Source: an uncultured Gammaproteobacteria bacterium (GTDB taxonomy: Bacteria; Pseudomonadota; Gammaproteobacteria; JASBUN01). From it: a stretch of 64,000 nucleotides of DNA. A program made the position numbers and the translations under genes. The stretch is taken from positions 931,134 through 995,133 of the forward strand of contig CAVZBR010000004.1 in NCBI GenBank assembly GCA_963773585.1. The letters run 5' to 3'. Below are positions 1 to 10,118 of this stretch, piece after piece. Below the pieces are notes generated by a model that was not told the origin of the DNA, made no database searches, and saw nothing but the letters and a program-made list of their open reading frames with translations. The stretch's first letter is position 1, and each line of letters opens with the position of its first letter.

Positions 1-743
1 ATGAGGGCGGACATTTGCCGACTCCCGACCTGATCGTCGGTGCCGGCCACCGTACCCACTGGTCCATGTTGGCCGCGCGTCGGGCGCGGGGCGGTCGGGT
101 CATTGTGCTCATGCGCCCGAGCTTGCCGCTTGCCTGGTTCGACCTGTGTATCATCCCCGCTCACGACCGGCCGCCCCAGCGACGCAACGTGATTGCCACC
201 GAGGGCGCGCTCAACCGGATACGCCCCGCCGCGGACAGGGACCCCAGGTCGGGTATGATTCTGATCGGCGGCCCGTCCCGCCATTACAGCTGGGACCAGA
301 CGGGCCTGCTGCAGCAGGTGCGTGGGGTTTTGGAACGGCAGCACCTGAATTGGACCGTCGCAACTTCGCGTCGGACACCGGCAGCCACGGAGCAAGCACT
401 GGCGTCGCTGGCGGGGAACGGCGTTCGCATGGTGCTTGCGCACCAGACCGATCCGGACTGGTTGCCGGAACGCTTGCGATCCGCATCGGAAGTCTGGATT
501 ACCGCCGACAGCGTATCCATGGTGTACGAAGCACTGACTGCGGGTGCGAACTGCGGCTTGTTGGCGGTGCCTGCATCGGGACGAGGACGCGTAGCGGCGG
601 GAATGGACGAGTTGGTGACGAAACGCATACTCACGACTTATGAACAATGGCGCCAGGGCGCGCCCATGCAGCCGTCGCCGCCATTCAATGAAGCCGAGCG
701 TTGCGCGCGCTGGATCGAGCGGGAATGGTTGCCCACAGTTTGA
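1..743 (+). CDS. ELM1/DUF1022-like protein, often encoded in LPS-core loci; 5' end outside the window
   Basis: The ORF is open to the window edge (TTG at 15, no upstream stop). The translation '...LIVGAGHRTHWSMLAARRARGGRVIVLMRPSLPLAWFDLCIIPAHDRP...' resembles ELM1-family proteins. Confidence 0.5.
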   Translation, partial: EGGHLPTPDLIVGAGHRTHWSMLAARRARGGRVIVLMRPSLPLAWFDLCIIPAHDRPPQRRNVIATEGALNRIRPAADRDPRSGMILIGGPSRHYSWDQTGLLQQVRGVLERQHLNWTVATSRRTPAATEQALASLAGNGVRMVLAHQTDPDWLPERLRSASEVWITADSVSMVYEALTAGANCGLLAVPASGRGRVAAGMDELVTKRILTTYEQWRQGAPMQPSPPFNEAERCARWIEREWLPTV

Positions 744-896
744 TCGTGTCAATCTCCATGCCGGCCCTCAGCTTGCATGCGATTGGCGCTGGGTGTTAGC
801 CGCGGTGCGTGTGCTCCTGGTCGCAAAGCCGTGGCGCGGCGGTCTCTCGCACTATATGTATCGCGCGTTGGATGACGTCTTTCCCGGCGAGGTGCA

Positions 897-1754
897 ATGG
901 TTTTCGACCGTGCCCAAAGGGTGCCCGATCTGCTCCAATACCGGGTTGACCGCTCCGCGTGGCGTCACCGTTTGGTGGAACGGATCAATCGGGCGTCGTA
1001 CGATCTCGCATTGTTTATTGGTTCCTTTCCGGAGCTTCGAGATCTTCGCCCTCGGCCAGGGAATGTGCTGTGGATGAACGATCACCCAGACCGGCAGGTC
1101 GCGTACAGCGACGCATTTGCAGCGATCTATATTTCAGACTCCGGTTATAGCGAAGCGATGCGTGCGTCCGAAGCAGGCGGTCGCTTCGCCGGTGTGCTGC
1201 CCTTCGCTCACTCCCTTGCCATTCATAGGCCAACGCCAAGCCGCGATCAGCGCGGCGTATGCTTCATCGGCAACCGCGACGTTAATCGAGACGCGCCCGT
1301 CTCGCGGTTGCTCGAAAGTGATTTGCGCGTTTGCGTATATGGCAACTACTTCCTCCGGCATCGATTGTTCTGGCAACACCCGTTGCGGTTCCGGCCCCGT
1401 GTGTCGATTGCTAACATGGGTGCCGTGTACGGTAGATTTCAGGTGTCCCTCAACGTGCATGCACAGGTAATTCGTGGTGGAACGAATATGCGGACCTTCG
1501 AATGCGCCGGTTATGGTATCCCGCAAGTAGTCGAATATCGTTTGGGTTTGGAGGCTCTATTCGAACCTGAGCGCGAGATACTGGTGTTTCGGGATTTGGA
1601 TGAAATGATGGCCCAAATCAAGCGGCTGATGTTCAATCGAGAATTTGCGAGGCTATTGTCCGAGCGCGCACGTGCACGTGCGCTGGCCGAGCACACCTAT
1701 GTGCATCGAGTTGAGACCGTATGCCGCGATTTAGAGTTGAGGGTGGCTCGCTAG
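897..1754 (+). CDS. Glycosyltransferase-like protein (CgeB/DUF3880-type C-terminal GT domain)
   Basis: 285-aa ORF sitting in the LPS cluster. The C-terminal half resembles GT1-like CgeB-family domains. Confidence 0.45.
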   Translation: MVFDRAQRVPDLLQYRVDRSAWRHRLVERINRASYDLALFIGSFPELRDLRPRPGNVLWMNDHPDRQVAYSDAFAAIYISDSGYSEAMRASEAGGRFAGVLPFAHSLAIHRPTPSRDQRGVCFIGNRDVNRDAPVSRLLESDLRVCVYGNYFLRHRLFWQHPLRFRPRVSIANMGAVYGRFQVSLNVHAQVIRGGTNMRTFECAGYGIPQVVEYRLGLEALFEPEREILVFRDLDEMMAQIKRLMFNREFARLLSERARARALAEHTYVHRVETVCRDLELRVAR

Positions 1755-1851
1755 ATTCGGGCGTTGTGCTCTCTTAGCACGGCGCGAGGGAATTACAGTG
1801 GCAAAAGCTTCGCAGATGTACAGGAAAGCTTGCATTTGATCAAGCCTGCAC

Positions 1852-3021
1852 ATGGGAGTCTTCGCGATGGCTGATTCCAGGTTGGCGATCGTACAGCTTC
1901 TGCCCGCTTTGGAGTCTGGCGGTGTGGAGCGCGGAACGCTGGAGATTGCCGCGGAATTGGTGCGTCGCGGACATCGTTCCATCGTTGTTTCCGCCGGAGG
2001 GCGGCTGGTGCCGGAACTTGAACGCGGCGGCAGTGAGCACGTGAATTGGCCGGTAGGCCGTAAATCATTACTTACTTTGCGATATGTGCCGCAATTGCGC
2101 AGTTGGTTGCGTCGTGAACAAATTGATCTCGTCCACGCGCGGTCGCGGCTGCCGGCATGGATCGCCTACGCAGCCTGGCGTAAACTTCCCGCCGCAACCC
2201 GGCCACACTTCCTGACTACGGTGCACGGTTATTACAGGGCTGGTCATTATAGTTCGATCATGACCCGTGGCGAACGCGTCATCGCAGTCTCGAGATCGGT
2301 CCGGGATTATATTTGTGCTACATATCCGCACTTGGATCCGGCTCGAATAGTGGTGATTCCCCGTGGCGTGGATTCGTCCCAATATCCGTGCGGCTACCGA
2401 CCCAGTGATCGCTGGCTGCAGGGGTGGTCGGCGCAATATCCGACCCTTGCGAACCGTTGGGTACTCACTCTGCCGGGACGACTCACGCGGCTGAAGGGTC
2501 ACGAAGATTTTTTGGCGATCATCGGCGCGTTACGCGCTCGCCACATACCGGTGCACGGATTGATCGTAGGCGGTTATCATGCGCGCAAACGTAAATATTA
2601 CCAGGAATTGTGCAAGCGAATAGAGGTACAAGAATTGTCTGAACATGTGACCCTTACGGGAGAGCGAGCCGACTTGCGCGAAGTTCTGTCCGTCTCAGCG
2701 GTGGTATTGTCATTGTCCAGCCAGCCGGAGTCGTTCGGCCGCACTACGCTGGAAGCGCTCAGTATCGGTCGTCCGGTGCTCGGTTACGCGCATGGCGGGG
2801 TCCTCGAACAACTAGATGCGATGTTCCCGGCCGGAGCGGTAACGGTCGGTGACTGGCGCGAAGCAGTCGAGCGCCTCGCTCTTTGGTACGAGACGCCGCC
2901 CGTGGTGGCGGCTGAAAACCCTTATACCTTGCAGCGCATGCTGGATCGCACGCTCGACGTTTACACGAGTTTGGGATCAACCCGCGACCGTGATGGTGCT
3001 AAGGACGAACACATTGCCTGA
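1852..3021 (+). CDS. Glycosyltransferase family 4 (group 1)
   Basis: 389 aa, GT4 N- and C-terminal domain pattern ('...LPALESGGVERGTLEIAAELVRRGH...', '...ESFGRTTLEALSIGRPVLGYAHGG...'). Confidence 0.7.
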   Translation: MGVFAMADSRLAIVQLLPALESGGVERGTLEIAAELVRRGHRSIVVSAGGRLVPELERGGSEHVNWPVGRKSLLTLRYVPQLRSWLRREQIDLVHARSRLPAWIAYAAWRKLPAATRPHFLTTVHGYYRAGHYSSIMTRGERVIAVSRSVRDYICATYPHLDPARIVVIPRGVDSSQYPCGYRPSDRWLQGWSAQYPTLANRWVLTLPGRLTRLKGHEDFLAIIGALRARHIPVHGLIVGGYHARKRKYYQELCKRIEVQELSEHVTLTGERADLREVLSVSAVVLSLSSQPESFGRTTLEALSIGRPVLGYAHGGVLEQLDAMFPAGAVTVGDWREAVERLALWYETPPVVAAENPYTLQRMLDRTLDVYTSLGSTRDRDGAKDEHIA

Positions 3022-4300
3022 GTCTCAAACGGCACGCCTCCAGGTTGCAGTATGGGCGAAGGAGAACTGGAAATGGCTGCTCATCTTTTTGTGTCTGCCA
3101 TTATTCGCACACAAAACTGCGTTCAATGCGCCGGTGGCAGTCATGATGATTGCCGGTTTGCTGACGGTGCTGCGGTCCCCGCGTGCGGTGCTTTCCGAAC
3201 CGGCCGTACAGTTCATGACTGCAGTCTTCTTGTCTTTCGAGATGCCGATATTGGTGTCGCTACCCGATGCGGTACAACTCGACCGGGCGCTGGGGACGGC
3301 GTTGGTCGACGTGCGCTTTTGGTTCATGGGCGTGTTCGTGATCGGGACGCTGTGTCGGCGCGACGCACGCCGAAAACTGTACATGGCAAGCGCGATTATG
3401 GTCAGCATTTGGTGCATCGACGCAATGATCCAATATGCATTTGGGCGCGATTTGTTGGGGTTCTCGACATTCGAAGGCCGCGTGACCGGCATGTTCTATC
3501 TCAATCTGACGCTGGGTGCCGTGACCGCGACCATGTCACCACTGGTACTTGAACTCATTCGCCGCTATGGGTCGGCGCATAAATGGCTTTGGCTGTTGTT
3601 GCCGGCGCTGGTCGCGGCGGTTCTATTGCAGGGAAGCCGAACCGGTTGGATGATGCTTGCTGTGTCGCTGGTGGTTTACAGCGTATATCTCGTGCGCACC
3701 CTGGCGGTGCGTCGCTCGTTGGTTGTGGCGGTGGTTGCCGCAGCGTTGCTGGGTATCGGGCTTGCTGCCATGCACGGCAATTTCCGCAACCGAGTCGATC
3801 AGACGCTCGGTCTGTTCGGCAATGCGCAGTCCATGGACGAAGCGACTTCCTACCGCCTTTCGATCTGGCGCGCAGGACTCGTAGTGTTTGAAGAAAATTG
3901 GCTGAACGGCATCGGCCCCCGTGGATTCCGTTACATCTATGATGATTACGCGAGCAAACAAAATTACTTCGTGAAACTCGGGCAGGCGCCGACCCACCCG
4001 CACTCCATGTTGCTGGAGATTGCGATCGAAACCGGCGTCGTCGGCTTGGCGGGGTATGTATTGATGTGGATCCTGATGATCAAGCGCTGGCGGCAACAAG
4101 GTGTTATCGCCAAGGCCGAGGCATTGCCTTGGCTCGTTGCGGCACTGGTGGCGTGGTTCCCGTTGAATGTCCATATGGCGCTCTATGCGAGTTATTGGTC
4201 GACTATTGCGTGGTGGCTGCTGCTGGTCGCCATCGCCATGCTGATGGCCGAGCGTCGGATTTCCGGTTCACGGGCCATACTCTCAGAGGCGGCTCCGTGA
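2993..4300 (+). CDS. O-antigen ligase family membrane protein (WaaL/RfaL-like)
   Basis: Polytopic membrane protein with a Wzy_C-like loop ('RTGWMMLAVSLVV...', 'HPHSMLLEIAIETGVVG'). The ORF track begins at 2849, but the likely ATG is at 2993, after the stop of the upstream gene. Confidence 0.65.
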   Translation: MVLRTNTLPESQTARLQVAVWAKENWKWLLIFLCLPLFAHKTAFNAPVAVMMIAGLLTVLRSPRAVLSEPAVQFMTAVFLSFEMPILVSLPDAVQLDRALGTALVDVRFWFMGVFVIGTLCRRDARRKLYMASAIMVSIWCIDAMIQYAFGRDLLGFSTFEGRVTGMFYLNLTLGAVTATMSPLVLELIRRYGSAHKWLWLLLPALVAAVLLQGSRTGWMMLAVSLVVYSVYLVRTLAVRRSLVVAVVAAALLGIGLAAMHGNFRNRVDQTLGLFGNAQSMDEATSYRLSIWRAGLVVFEENWLNGIGPRGFRYIYDDYASKQNYFVKLGQAPTHPHSMLLEIAIETGVVGLAGYVLMWILMIKRWRQQGVIAKAEALPWLVAALVAWFPLNVHMALYASYWSTIAWWLLLVAIAMLMAERRISGSRAILSEAAP

Positions 4301-5376
4301 CCTCGTCGAACGAATCGCAAGGAACCACTGAGGCGCGCCGGGAAGCGACGCTCGTGATTCAGCCGCTGCCCGGCATTGGCGATATGGTGTGGCATCTACC
4401 GCACTTGCATGCGTTGGCCCAGGATAGCCGCGACGGACAGGTCAGTGTGCTAACGAAGCCGCGTTCGCGCGCGGACCTTTTGTTGCGCGCCGATCCGGCG
4501 ATCGATCAAGTGTTATGGCTGGAGCGCAACCCGGGCAAACACGACGGCCTGCTTGGCTTCCTGCGGCTGGTGAAGCTGCTTCGCAGCGGCAACTATGAAC
4601 GGGTGTGGATCCTGCATGACAGCAGCCGGTATCACTGGGCGGCCCTGGTGGCGGGAATTCCGCAGCGATTCGGTTACGGTAAAGGACTGCAGCGTTTTCT
4701 GCAGAACAGTGGCATCCGCCTGCCGAAGAACGCGCCGCGGCATCCGATCGAAAAAGCGGACTTGTTGATCGAGCTGCATGCGCTGCCGCGCACCGAGTCC
4801 GAGCCGCGACTGTACGCCGACCCGCAGTTCGCGGCCGCGATCGGTCAGCGCTTCGCCCATGTGCCCAAGCCTTGGGTGGCGCTCGGAATCGGCAGCAGCG
4901 AGCCGATCAAGCAATGGGGGCAGGAGCGTTTTTCAGCGCTGGCGCGGGAGATCCGTCAGACGCACGGTGTGTCGATCGTAATCGTCGGCGGTGCGGCGGA
5001 GAGTGTGATGAGCGAATGGATCGTGGAACAGGCCGGCAGTACCGCCAACCGGGTGTACAGCGGAACCGGTTTGCCGATCGACGAAACCGCAGCGCTGTTA
5101 TCCATGTGCGCGCTGTATGTGGGGAACGACACGGGTTTCCTGAACATTGCTGCTGCAACGGGCGTGCACGCCTTCGGTTTATTCGGAGGTTCGCCACCGC
5201 TGCGCCATTCCGAGCACATCCACGTAGTGCTCGCCGACCATGGCCGGGAATCGGATTACGGCAGCCGCGATATGGCGGAAATCTCGGTCGGCAATGTGAT
5301 GACGCAGATCGAACCGTTTCTGGCAGCGCAATCCGTTCAACGGATGTCGCCGGGCAGTTCTCCGGGTGCGCCATAG
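4297..5376 (+). CDS. Glycosyltransferase family 9 (LPS heptosyltransferase-like)
   Basis: GT9 motifs ('LVIQPLPGIGDMVWHLPHLHAL', 'GNDTGFLNIAAATG'). The probable GTG start at 4297 overlaps the ligase stop codon (GTGA), suggesting translational coupling. Confidence 0.65.
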   Translation: MTSSNESQGTTEARREATLVIQPLPGIGDMVWHLPHLHALAQDSRDGQVSVLTKPRSRADLLLRADPAIDQVLWLERNPGKHDGLLGFLRLVKLLRSGNYERVWILHDSSRYHWAALVAGIPQRFGYGKGLQRFLQNSGIRLPKNAPRHPIEKADLLIELHALPRTESEPRLYADPQFAAAIGQRFAHVPKPWVALGIGSSEPIKQWGQERFSALAREIRQTHGVSIVIVGGAAESVMSEWIVEQAGSTANRVYSGTGLPIDETAALLSMCALYVGNDTGFLNIAAATGVHAFGLFGGSPPLRHSEHIHVVLADHGRESDYGSRDMAEISVGNVMTQIEPFLAAQSVQRMSPGSSPGAP

Positions 5377-5861
5377 TCGGCATAGGATTTTTCCTCCACC
5401 AATTCCGAACCCAGAGCCTGACTCAGACGGCGCTTGCTGGCTGCGCGACGATCGTTGAGTATATAAACGGCTCGGGCGAGATCGATGAAATCCTGGTCGA
5501 ATGTTTTCGCCGCTTCCTTGAGCCGGATGCGGTCCTCGATATCCCATAGCTGTTCGTTTACCGAGCGCAACTGCTGGAACTCATCCTCGATGTCAGCTTC
5601 CGCAAAGGTGGAATTGGCCCATACGCGCCGCAGCAGCGCCAACTCGTTGCGCACATTCTTGAGCTTTTCCTGGTCGGTGATGCGTTCGGATTTGATTTCC
5701 AGGATGCTGACCTTATCCAGAAATTCGCCGACCGATATGGGTGTATCCAGGTGCATGATGCGATCTAGTTGCCGTGCGATCAATGTTGCGGCAATTGTCT
5801 TATAATCCGAGCCATTCATCCAATCGGCGATTTCCAGTTGCACTATCCTGCGCGCGTCCAT
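5337..5861 (-). CDS. Hypothetical protein
   Basis: 174-181-aa ORF with good coding character. It is convergent with the GT9 gene and overlaps it by 40 bp. Confidence 0.4.
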   Translation of the reverse strand: MDARRIVQLEIADWMNGSDYKTIAATLIARQLDRIMHLDTPISVGEFLDKVSILEIKSERITDQEKLKNVRNELALLRRVWANSTFAEADIEDEFQQLRSVNEQLWDIEDRIRLKEAAKTFDQDFIDLARAVYILNDRRAASKRRLSQALGSELVEEKSYADYGAPGELPGDIR

Positions 5862-5880
5862 CGGCCATGACCCGGGCCCC

Positions 5881-6879
5881 ATGAAAATCTGTCAGTTTGT
5901 CGCCAGCTCCGGTACCGGTGGTCTGGAACGGCACGTCGTGGACCTGTGCAACGCCTTGTCCGAGCGCCACGAAGTGACGTTGATTGGCGCCGAGTCGTTC
6001 CGCAGCCAGTTGCACCGGCGCGTCGCCTTCGCGGCATTCCCGGCCCGCGGGTGGCGGCGCTCGCCGCGGCACCTGTGGCGCTTGTACCGGCTGTTGAGGC
6101 GAGCGCAGCCGGACGTAATCCACGCCCAGGCCAGTAAGGCGGCCGCCATGGTGCGCTTTCTGAAGCCCTTCTTGAGCGCGCGAACGGTGGCTACAATTCA
6201 CAATCGCAAACGCAGTAACCGCGCCTTTGACGGTTATGACTGGGTGATCGGTGTCAGCGGCGATGTTGCCGGGCAAATATCGAGCACGCGCAAGTCGGTT
6301 ATTTTCAATGGTATCAATCCCCCGTTGTCGGCACCCCCGGCGCGCGCGGCGGGCCAACCGACGGCCCTCGCCGTCGGTCGTCTGGTGCCGGCCAAGGGCT
6401 TCGATATACTGCTCGATGCTTGGCGACTTGTGGATGCGCCGCTCGCCATCGCCGGCGACGGCCCGGAATGGCAGAACCTGCAAGCACGGATCCAGGAATA
6501 CGGTCTAAGCGATCGCGTTACGATGCTGGGGTTTCGCGACGATGTTGCAGATCTGCTTCGCAGCGCGCACCTGGTGGTGATTGCTTCTAGGCGTGAAGGC
6601 TTTCCCTACGTGCTGGTCGAAGCGCTGCACGCCCAAGCAGTGGTGCTGTCGACGCCGGTGCCGGGTGCGGTGGACGTGCTGCCGGGCGAGGCCATATTGA
6701 CCGATCCGTCGCCGCAAGCGATCGCCGCACGTATCAACGAAGCGCTTGCGGACCTGCCGAGACTGCGGGACCGCTTCAAACCCGTGTGGGAATTTGCACA
6801 ACGGGAGCTGACGGTCTCGGCGATGGCCGCCAACACCGAAGCAGTATATGCGCAGCTGTGCCAGGCGCCGCGCAACTGA
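5881..6879 (+). CDS. Glycosyltransferase family 4
   Basis: N-terminal 'MKICQFVASSGTGGLERHVVDL' and C-terminal 'EGFPYVLVEALHAQAVVLSTPVPG' are typical GT4 motifs. Confidence 0.7.
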   Translation: MKICQFVASSGTGGLERHVVDLCNALSERHEVTLIGAESFRSQLHRRVAFAAFPARGWRRSPRHLWRLYRLLRRAQPDVIHAQASKAAAMVRFLKPFLSARTVATIHNRKRSNRAFDGYDWVIGVSGDVAGQISSTRKSVIFNGINPPLSAPPARAAGQPTALAVGRLVPAKGFDILLDAWRLVDAPLAIAGDGPEWQNLQARIQEYGLSDRVTMLGFRDDVADLLRSAHLVVIASRREGFPYVLVEALHAQAVVLSTPVPGAVDVLPGEAILTDPSPQAIAARINEALADLPRLRDRFKPVWEFAQRELTVSAMAANTEAVYAQLCQAPRN

Positions 6880-6915
6880 AACGGTTGTTGTCAAACTCCA
6901 AAACCCGGAGTCAGT

Positions 6916-7749
6916 ATGACGAAGCTCTCGACCTTCATTACCACTTACAACAACGAACTCACGCTCGCATCGTGTCTCGACAGCGTCAAATGGGCGGACG
7001 AAGTCGTAGTCCTGGATTCCTACAGCAATGATCGTACGGTGCAGATTGCCGAGCAATACGGATGCCGGGTCGTGCAACACGAATTTCTCGGTTACGGTCC
7101 TCAGAAGCAATTGGCACTCGAGCACACGCAATACGACTGGGTCTTGTTGTTGGACGCGGACGAACAGCTATCACCGGCGCTGCAGCTGGAGATCCAGTCC
7201 CTTATGGCGCGAGGGCCAGATGCGAATGGCTACGAGCTGCCGCGGCAAGAGCAAATGTTTTGGCGCATGTGCAGCCCGAAAGCCCGGTTGAACGGCTTTC
7301 TGCGCATGTTCGACAAGCGCAAGGGGCATGTATCGGACATGCCCATTCATGCTGCGCCAAAAGTCAAAGGCAGGATCGGCAGGCTGCAACACCCGTTCTA
7401 TCATTTCGGCGAACGTGACATCCACACCAAAGTCGAAAAGATCAACATGTATTCCACCGGCTTGGTAGCGGACAAAGTCCGCAAGGGTAAGCGCGCCATG
7501 CCCTGGTTGATGTTGATCCTTTATCCGCCGATCGCATTTCTGCGCCTGTACCTGTTCAAGCGCAATTTCATCAATGGTTGGGCGGGGTTCATCACTTCCG
7601 TGGTCGGAGCGTTCTACGTGTTCCTGAAATACGCCAAGCTTTACGAGCACGAGCAATTCCAACGCTACGGCAATCGGCTCCTGCCACCCGGTGCTCCGCC
7701 GGTACACCATGACGAACCCCGGCGCCAAGATATTGGAACACCCCCGTAA
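6916..7749 (+). CDS. Glycosyltransferase family 2 (LPS core-type)
   Basis: 'STFITTYNNELTLASCLDSVKWADEVVVLDSYSNDRT...LLLDADE' is a GT2 domain with a DXD motif. A C-terminal TM segment follows. Confidence 0.7.
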   Translation: MTKLSTFITTYNNELTLASCLDSVKWADEVVVLDSYSNDRTVQIAEQYGCRVVQHEFLGYGPQKQLALEHTQYDWVLLLDADEQLSPALQLEIQSLMARGPDANGYELPRQEQMFWRMCSPKARLNGFLRMFDKRKGHVSDMPIHAAPKVKGRIGRLQHPFYHFGERDIHTKVEKINMYSTGLVADKVRKGKRAMPWLMLILYPPIAFLRLYLFKRNFINGWAGFITSVVGAFYVFLKYAKLYEHEQFQRYGNRLLPPGAPPVHHDEPRRQDIGTPP

Positions 7750-7765
7750 TCGATGGGGCGCGTAG

Positions 7766-7985
7766 GTTGGGTCAAGCGCAATGCGTTTATGCCCCCCGGG
7801 TGCGGCCCGAACGCCACGCATTGGATCACCCCCGCAATCAAGCCCAAACCCGTAGGTTGGGTCAAGCGCAAAGCGTTTGTGCCCCCCGGGTGCGGACCCA
7901 ACATCCAACGCATCGGATCACCCCCGCAATCGACGCCAAACCCGTAGGTAAGCTCAAGCGCGAAACGCGGACCAGACAGCAGACT
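7766..7985. repeat. Tandem array (~2.4 copies) of a ~92-bp composite REP unit (CGTAGGTTGGGTCAAGCGCA...GGACCCAAC...)
   Basis: Direct tandem repetition is visible in the sequence. Each unit contains the inverted repeat GTTGGGTC/GACCCAAC. Confidence 0.85.
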
Positions 7986-9054
7986 CGAAAAACGCCACAG
8001 ACCCGTGACTAGGCGGCTTGCCGTGCAAGGTATCGTACACGGCATCGGGCGTGACCAGCGGCATGCACGAGTGATGGCTGCAATGCTTCTGGTAACAGTT
8101 GATGCAAGGTAGATCGGCCTGCAAAGCGATCACGTTGTCGCCGGCCGGTTTCACTTTGCGCGGATCGGTAGGCCCGCAGATGACGACCATCGGGCGCTCG
8201 GTCGCCGACGCGAGATGCGCCGTGCCGGTATCATTCGCGACCACGAACTTCGCCTGGCGGGCCAGCGGCACGATGTCGAATATCTCCGTGCGTCCGCACA
8301 AGTTCACAACCCAGTCGCCGCTCATTTGTTCGATGCGCGTGCATTCGTCGAGTTCGTCCGAGCCGCCGATCAGTACCGCCCGCAACCCGTCGGATTCATG
8401 CAGCCGCCGGCCTAGTTGCGTGTAGCGTTCCGCACCCCAGCGCTTGAGATAGCCGGCGGCCTGGCAACCGGGCATGAGCAGCGCATAGCGGTCTGCTTGC
8501 AGGTCATGATCAGCCATTAGCTTTGCGGCGCGTTGTTCGTTGCGGGGTGGCACATGAACCACCGGGCGCGGCGTCACGGTCGGAATGCCGCCGTCAGCCA
8601 AAGCGGCACGGCTCTTGTCCAACGGCTTCAACGCCGCGGATTGCGGGTAGATATTGTAAGGAACGCGCTTGTCGTTACCGATGCGGTAAGGGATGCGGCC
8701 GCCGGTGTAGCCCAGGATCGTCAGCAGCGTTGCCGAGCGATCGGTGGTCTGCAGGTCGATGACCAGATCGTAGTGGCCCTTTCGTATCTGACGCAGCCAT
8801 TCGAGCATTGCCCGCCAACGCCGCTTGCGCCGACGCACGTCCACGGCGATTACCTTGGCGAAGCGCGGGTCGTATTCGAATAGCGGCACCCAGGCAGGCA
8901 GCGTGTTCAAATGCAACTCCGCATCGGGGAATGCGCGGCGTATGTCTTCGAATAACGTCGTCGCGCTGAACACGTCGCCCATCGCGCTCCACTTGATCAC
9001 CAGGATCCTGCGGATGGTGGTCTGCGCGGGCAGATTGAAGCGGGCTGTTGTCAT
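7954..9054 (-). CDS. Glycosyltransferase family 9 (ADP-heptose:LPS heptosyltransferase-like)
   Basis: Carries 'RRILVIKWSAMGDVFSATTL' and 'ANDTGTAHLASA' motifs. The likely start is at 9054 (MTTARF), 4 nt downstream of the lpxL-like stop. Confidence 0.65.
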   Translation of the reverse strand: MTTARFNLPAQTTIRRILVIKWSAMGDVFSATTLFEDIRRAFPDAELHLNTLPAWVPLFEYDPRFAKVIAVDVRRRKRRWRAMLEWLRQIRKGHYDLVIDLQTTDRSATLLTILGYTGGRIPYRIGNDKRVPYNIYPQSAALKPLDKSRAALADGGIPTVTPRPVVHVPPRNEQRAAKLMADHDLQADRYALLMPGCQAAGYLKRWGAERYTQLGRRLHESDGLRAVLIGGSDELDECTRIEQMSGDWVVNLCGRTEIFDIVPLARQAKFVVANDTGTAHLASATERPMVVICGPTDPRKVKPAGDNVIALQADLPCINCYQKHCSHHSCMPLVTPDAVYDTLHGKPPSHGSVAFFESAVWSAFRA

Positions 9055-9058
9055 GGTT

Positions 9059-9976
9059 TCAATAGACGCGCGGCTCGCCGGGTGGTCGGGTTTTGAAGCG
9101 TCGGTGTACCCAGAGGTATTGTTCCGGGGCGAGCGATACCTGTTGTTCGATGGCGGCGTTGATGCGCGCCGTATCCTGCTCGAGGTCGCCGCTGGGAAAG
9201 TCCGGCAGCGCCGGGCCGAACACAAGTCGATAGCCTTTGCTGTCGGCGCGTCGGATGTTGGAGAACGGCACCACGGCCGCGCCGGTCATGCGCGCCAGAC
9301 GCGCGGTGCCGCCGTTGGTGGCTGCCCGCACGCCGAAGAACGGCACGAAGACATGGCCTTTGCCGGCGTAGTTCTGGTCCGGTGCGTACCACACGACGCC
9401 ATTGCCTTTGAGTGTGCGGATCAGGCTTCGCACGTCGTCGCGCTCGATTGCTCGCGTGTAGGTGCGCTCGCGCGAACAGCTCATCAGGTAATCGAACAGC
9501 GGATTCTTCTGGTGCCGATACATTACGGCAAACGGCACATGGCGGCGGATCAGGCGTCCGCCCAGATCCATGTTGGTGAAATGGGCGCCGAGCATGATGA
9601 CACCTTTACCTTGCTGCAGGGCGTGTTCCAAGTGCTCCAGCCCCTCGGGTTGGTCCAGACCGTCGAGGGTGCGATCGCTCGCCCACCAGCCGCTGGCGAT
9701 TTCCGCCACCGCCATGCCGAGGGACTGAAAGTGCTGCCAAAGCACGGCGCGGCGTTCGCGTTCACTCCAATGGGGAAAGCAAAGTGCGAGGTTGATGCGG
9801 GCATAACGTTTCGGTGCTAGCGGAAGCAGCCAGACGAAGGCACCGATGCCGCGGCCGATGGCCAACTGGGCGCGAAAAGGCAGCGCCGCCAATAAGCGCA
9901 AGACACCCATTCCCATCCACATGGGCCAATGTCGGGGGGCTAACAATGCGCGGGGAAGCTGTGGGCGTTTGGTCAC
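9059..9976 (-). CDS. lpxL: Lipid A biosynthesis lauroyl/myristoyl acyltransferase (LpxL/LpxM family)
   Basis: 305 aa with an N-terminal membrane anchor and the HtrB/MsbB-family acyltransferase region ('NMDLGG', 'VVWYAPDQNYAGKGHVFVPFFG'). Confidence 0.7.
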   Translation of the reverse strand: MTKRPQLPRALLAPRHWPMWMGMGVLRLLAALPFRAQLAIGRGIGAFVWLLPLAPKRYARINLALCFPHWSERERRAVLWQHFQSLGMAVAEIASGWWASDRTLDGLDQPEGLEHLEHALQQGKGVIMLGAHFTNMDLGGRLIRRHVPFAVMYRHQKNPLFDYLMSCSRERTYTRAIERDDVRSLIRTLKGNGVVWYAPDQNYAGKGHVFVPFFGVRAATNGGTARLARMTGAAVVPFSNIRRADSKGYRLVFGPALPDFPSGDLEQDTARINAAIEQQVSLAPEQYLWVHRRFKTRPPGEPRVY

Positions 9977-10118
9977 TGCGGGTCTTCGTTTGCGGCTGCG
10001 CGAATTCTACCGTCGTCCTCGACATGTGGCCACTTCCACGGCCGCGTGCAAGCGCGGCACCGGGCACCGTGTGCTATTATGGCCGCACTTTGTGGTCGTG
10101 CCTATATCGCTGAATTCT

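Noticed and set aside
2849-2992. N-terminal extension of the O-antigen-ligase ORF overlapping the upstream GT4 gene
   Set aside because: The extension overlaps 170 bp of the preceding gene in another frame. The internal ATG at 2993 gives a protein that starts right before the first TM helix.
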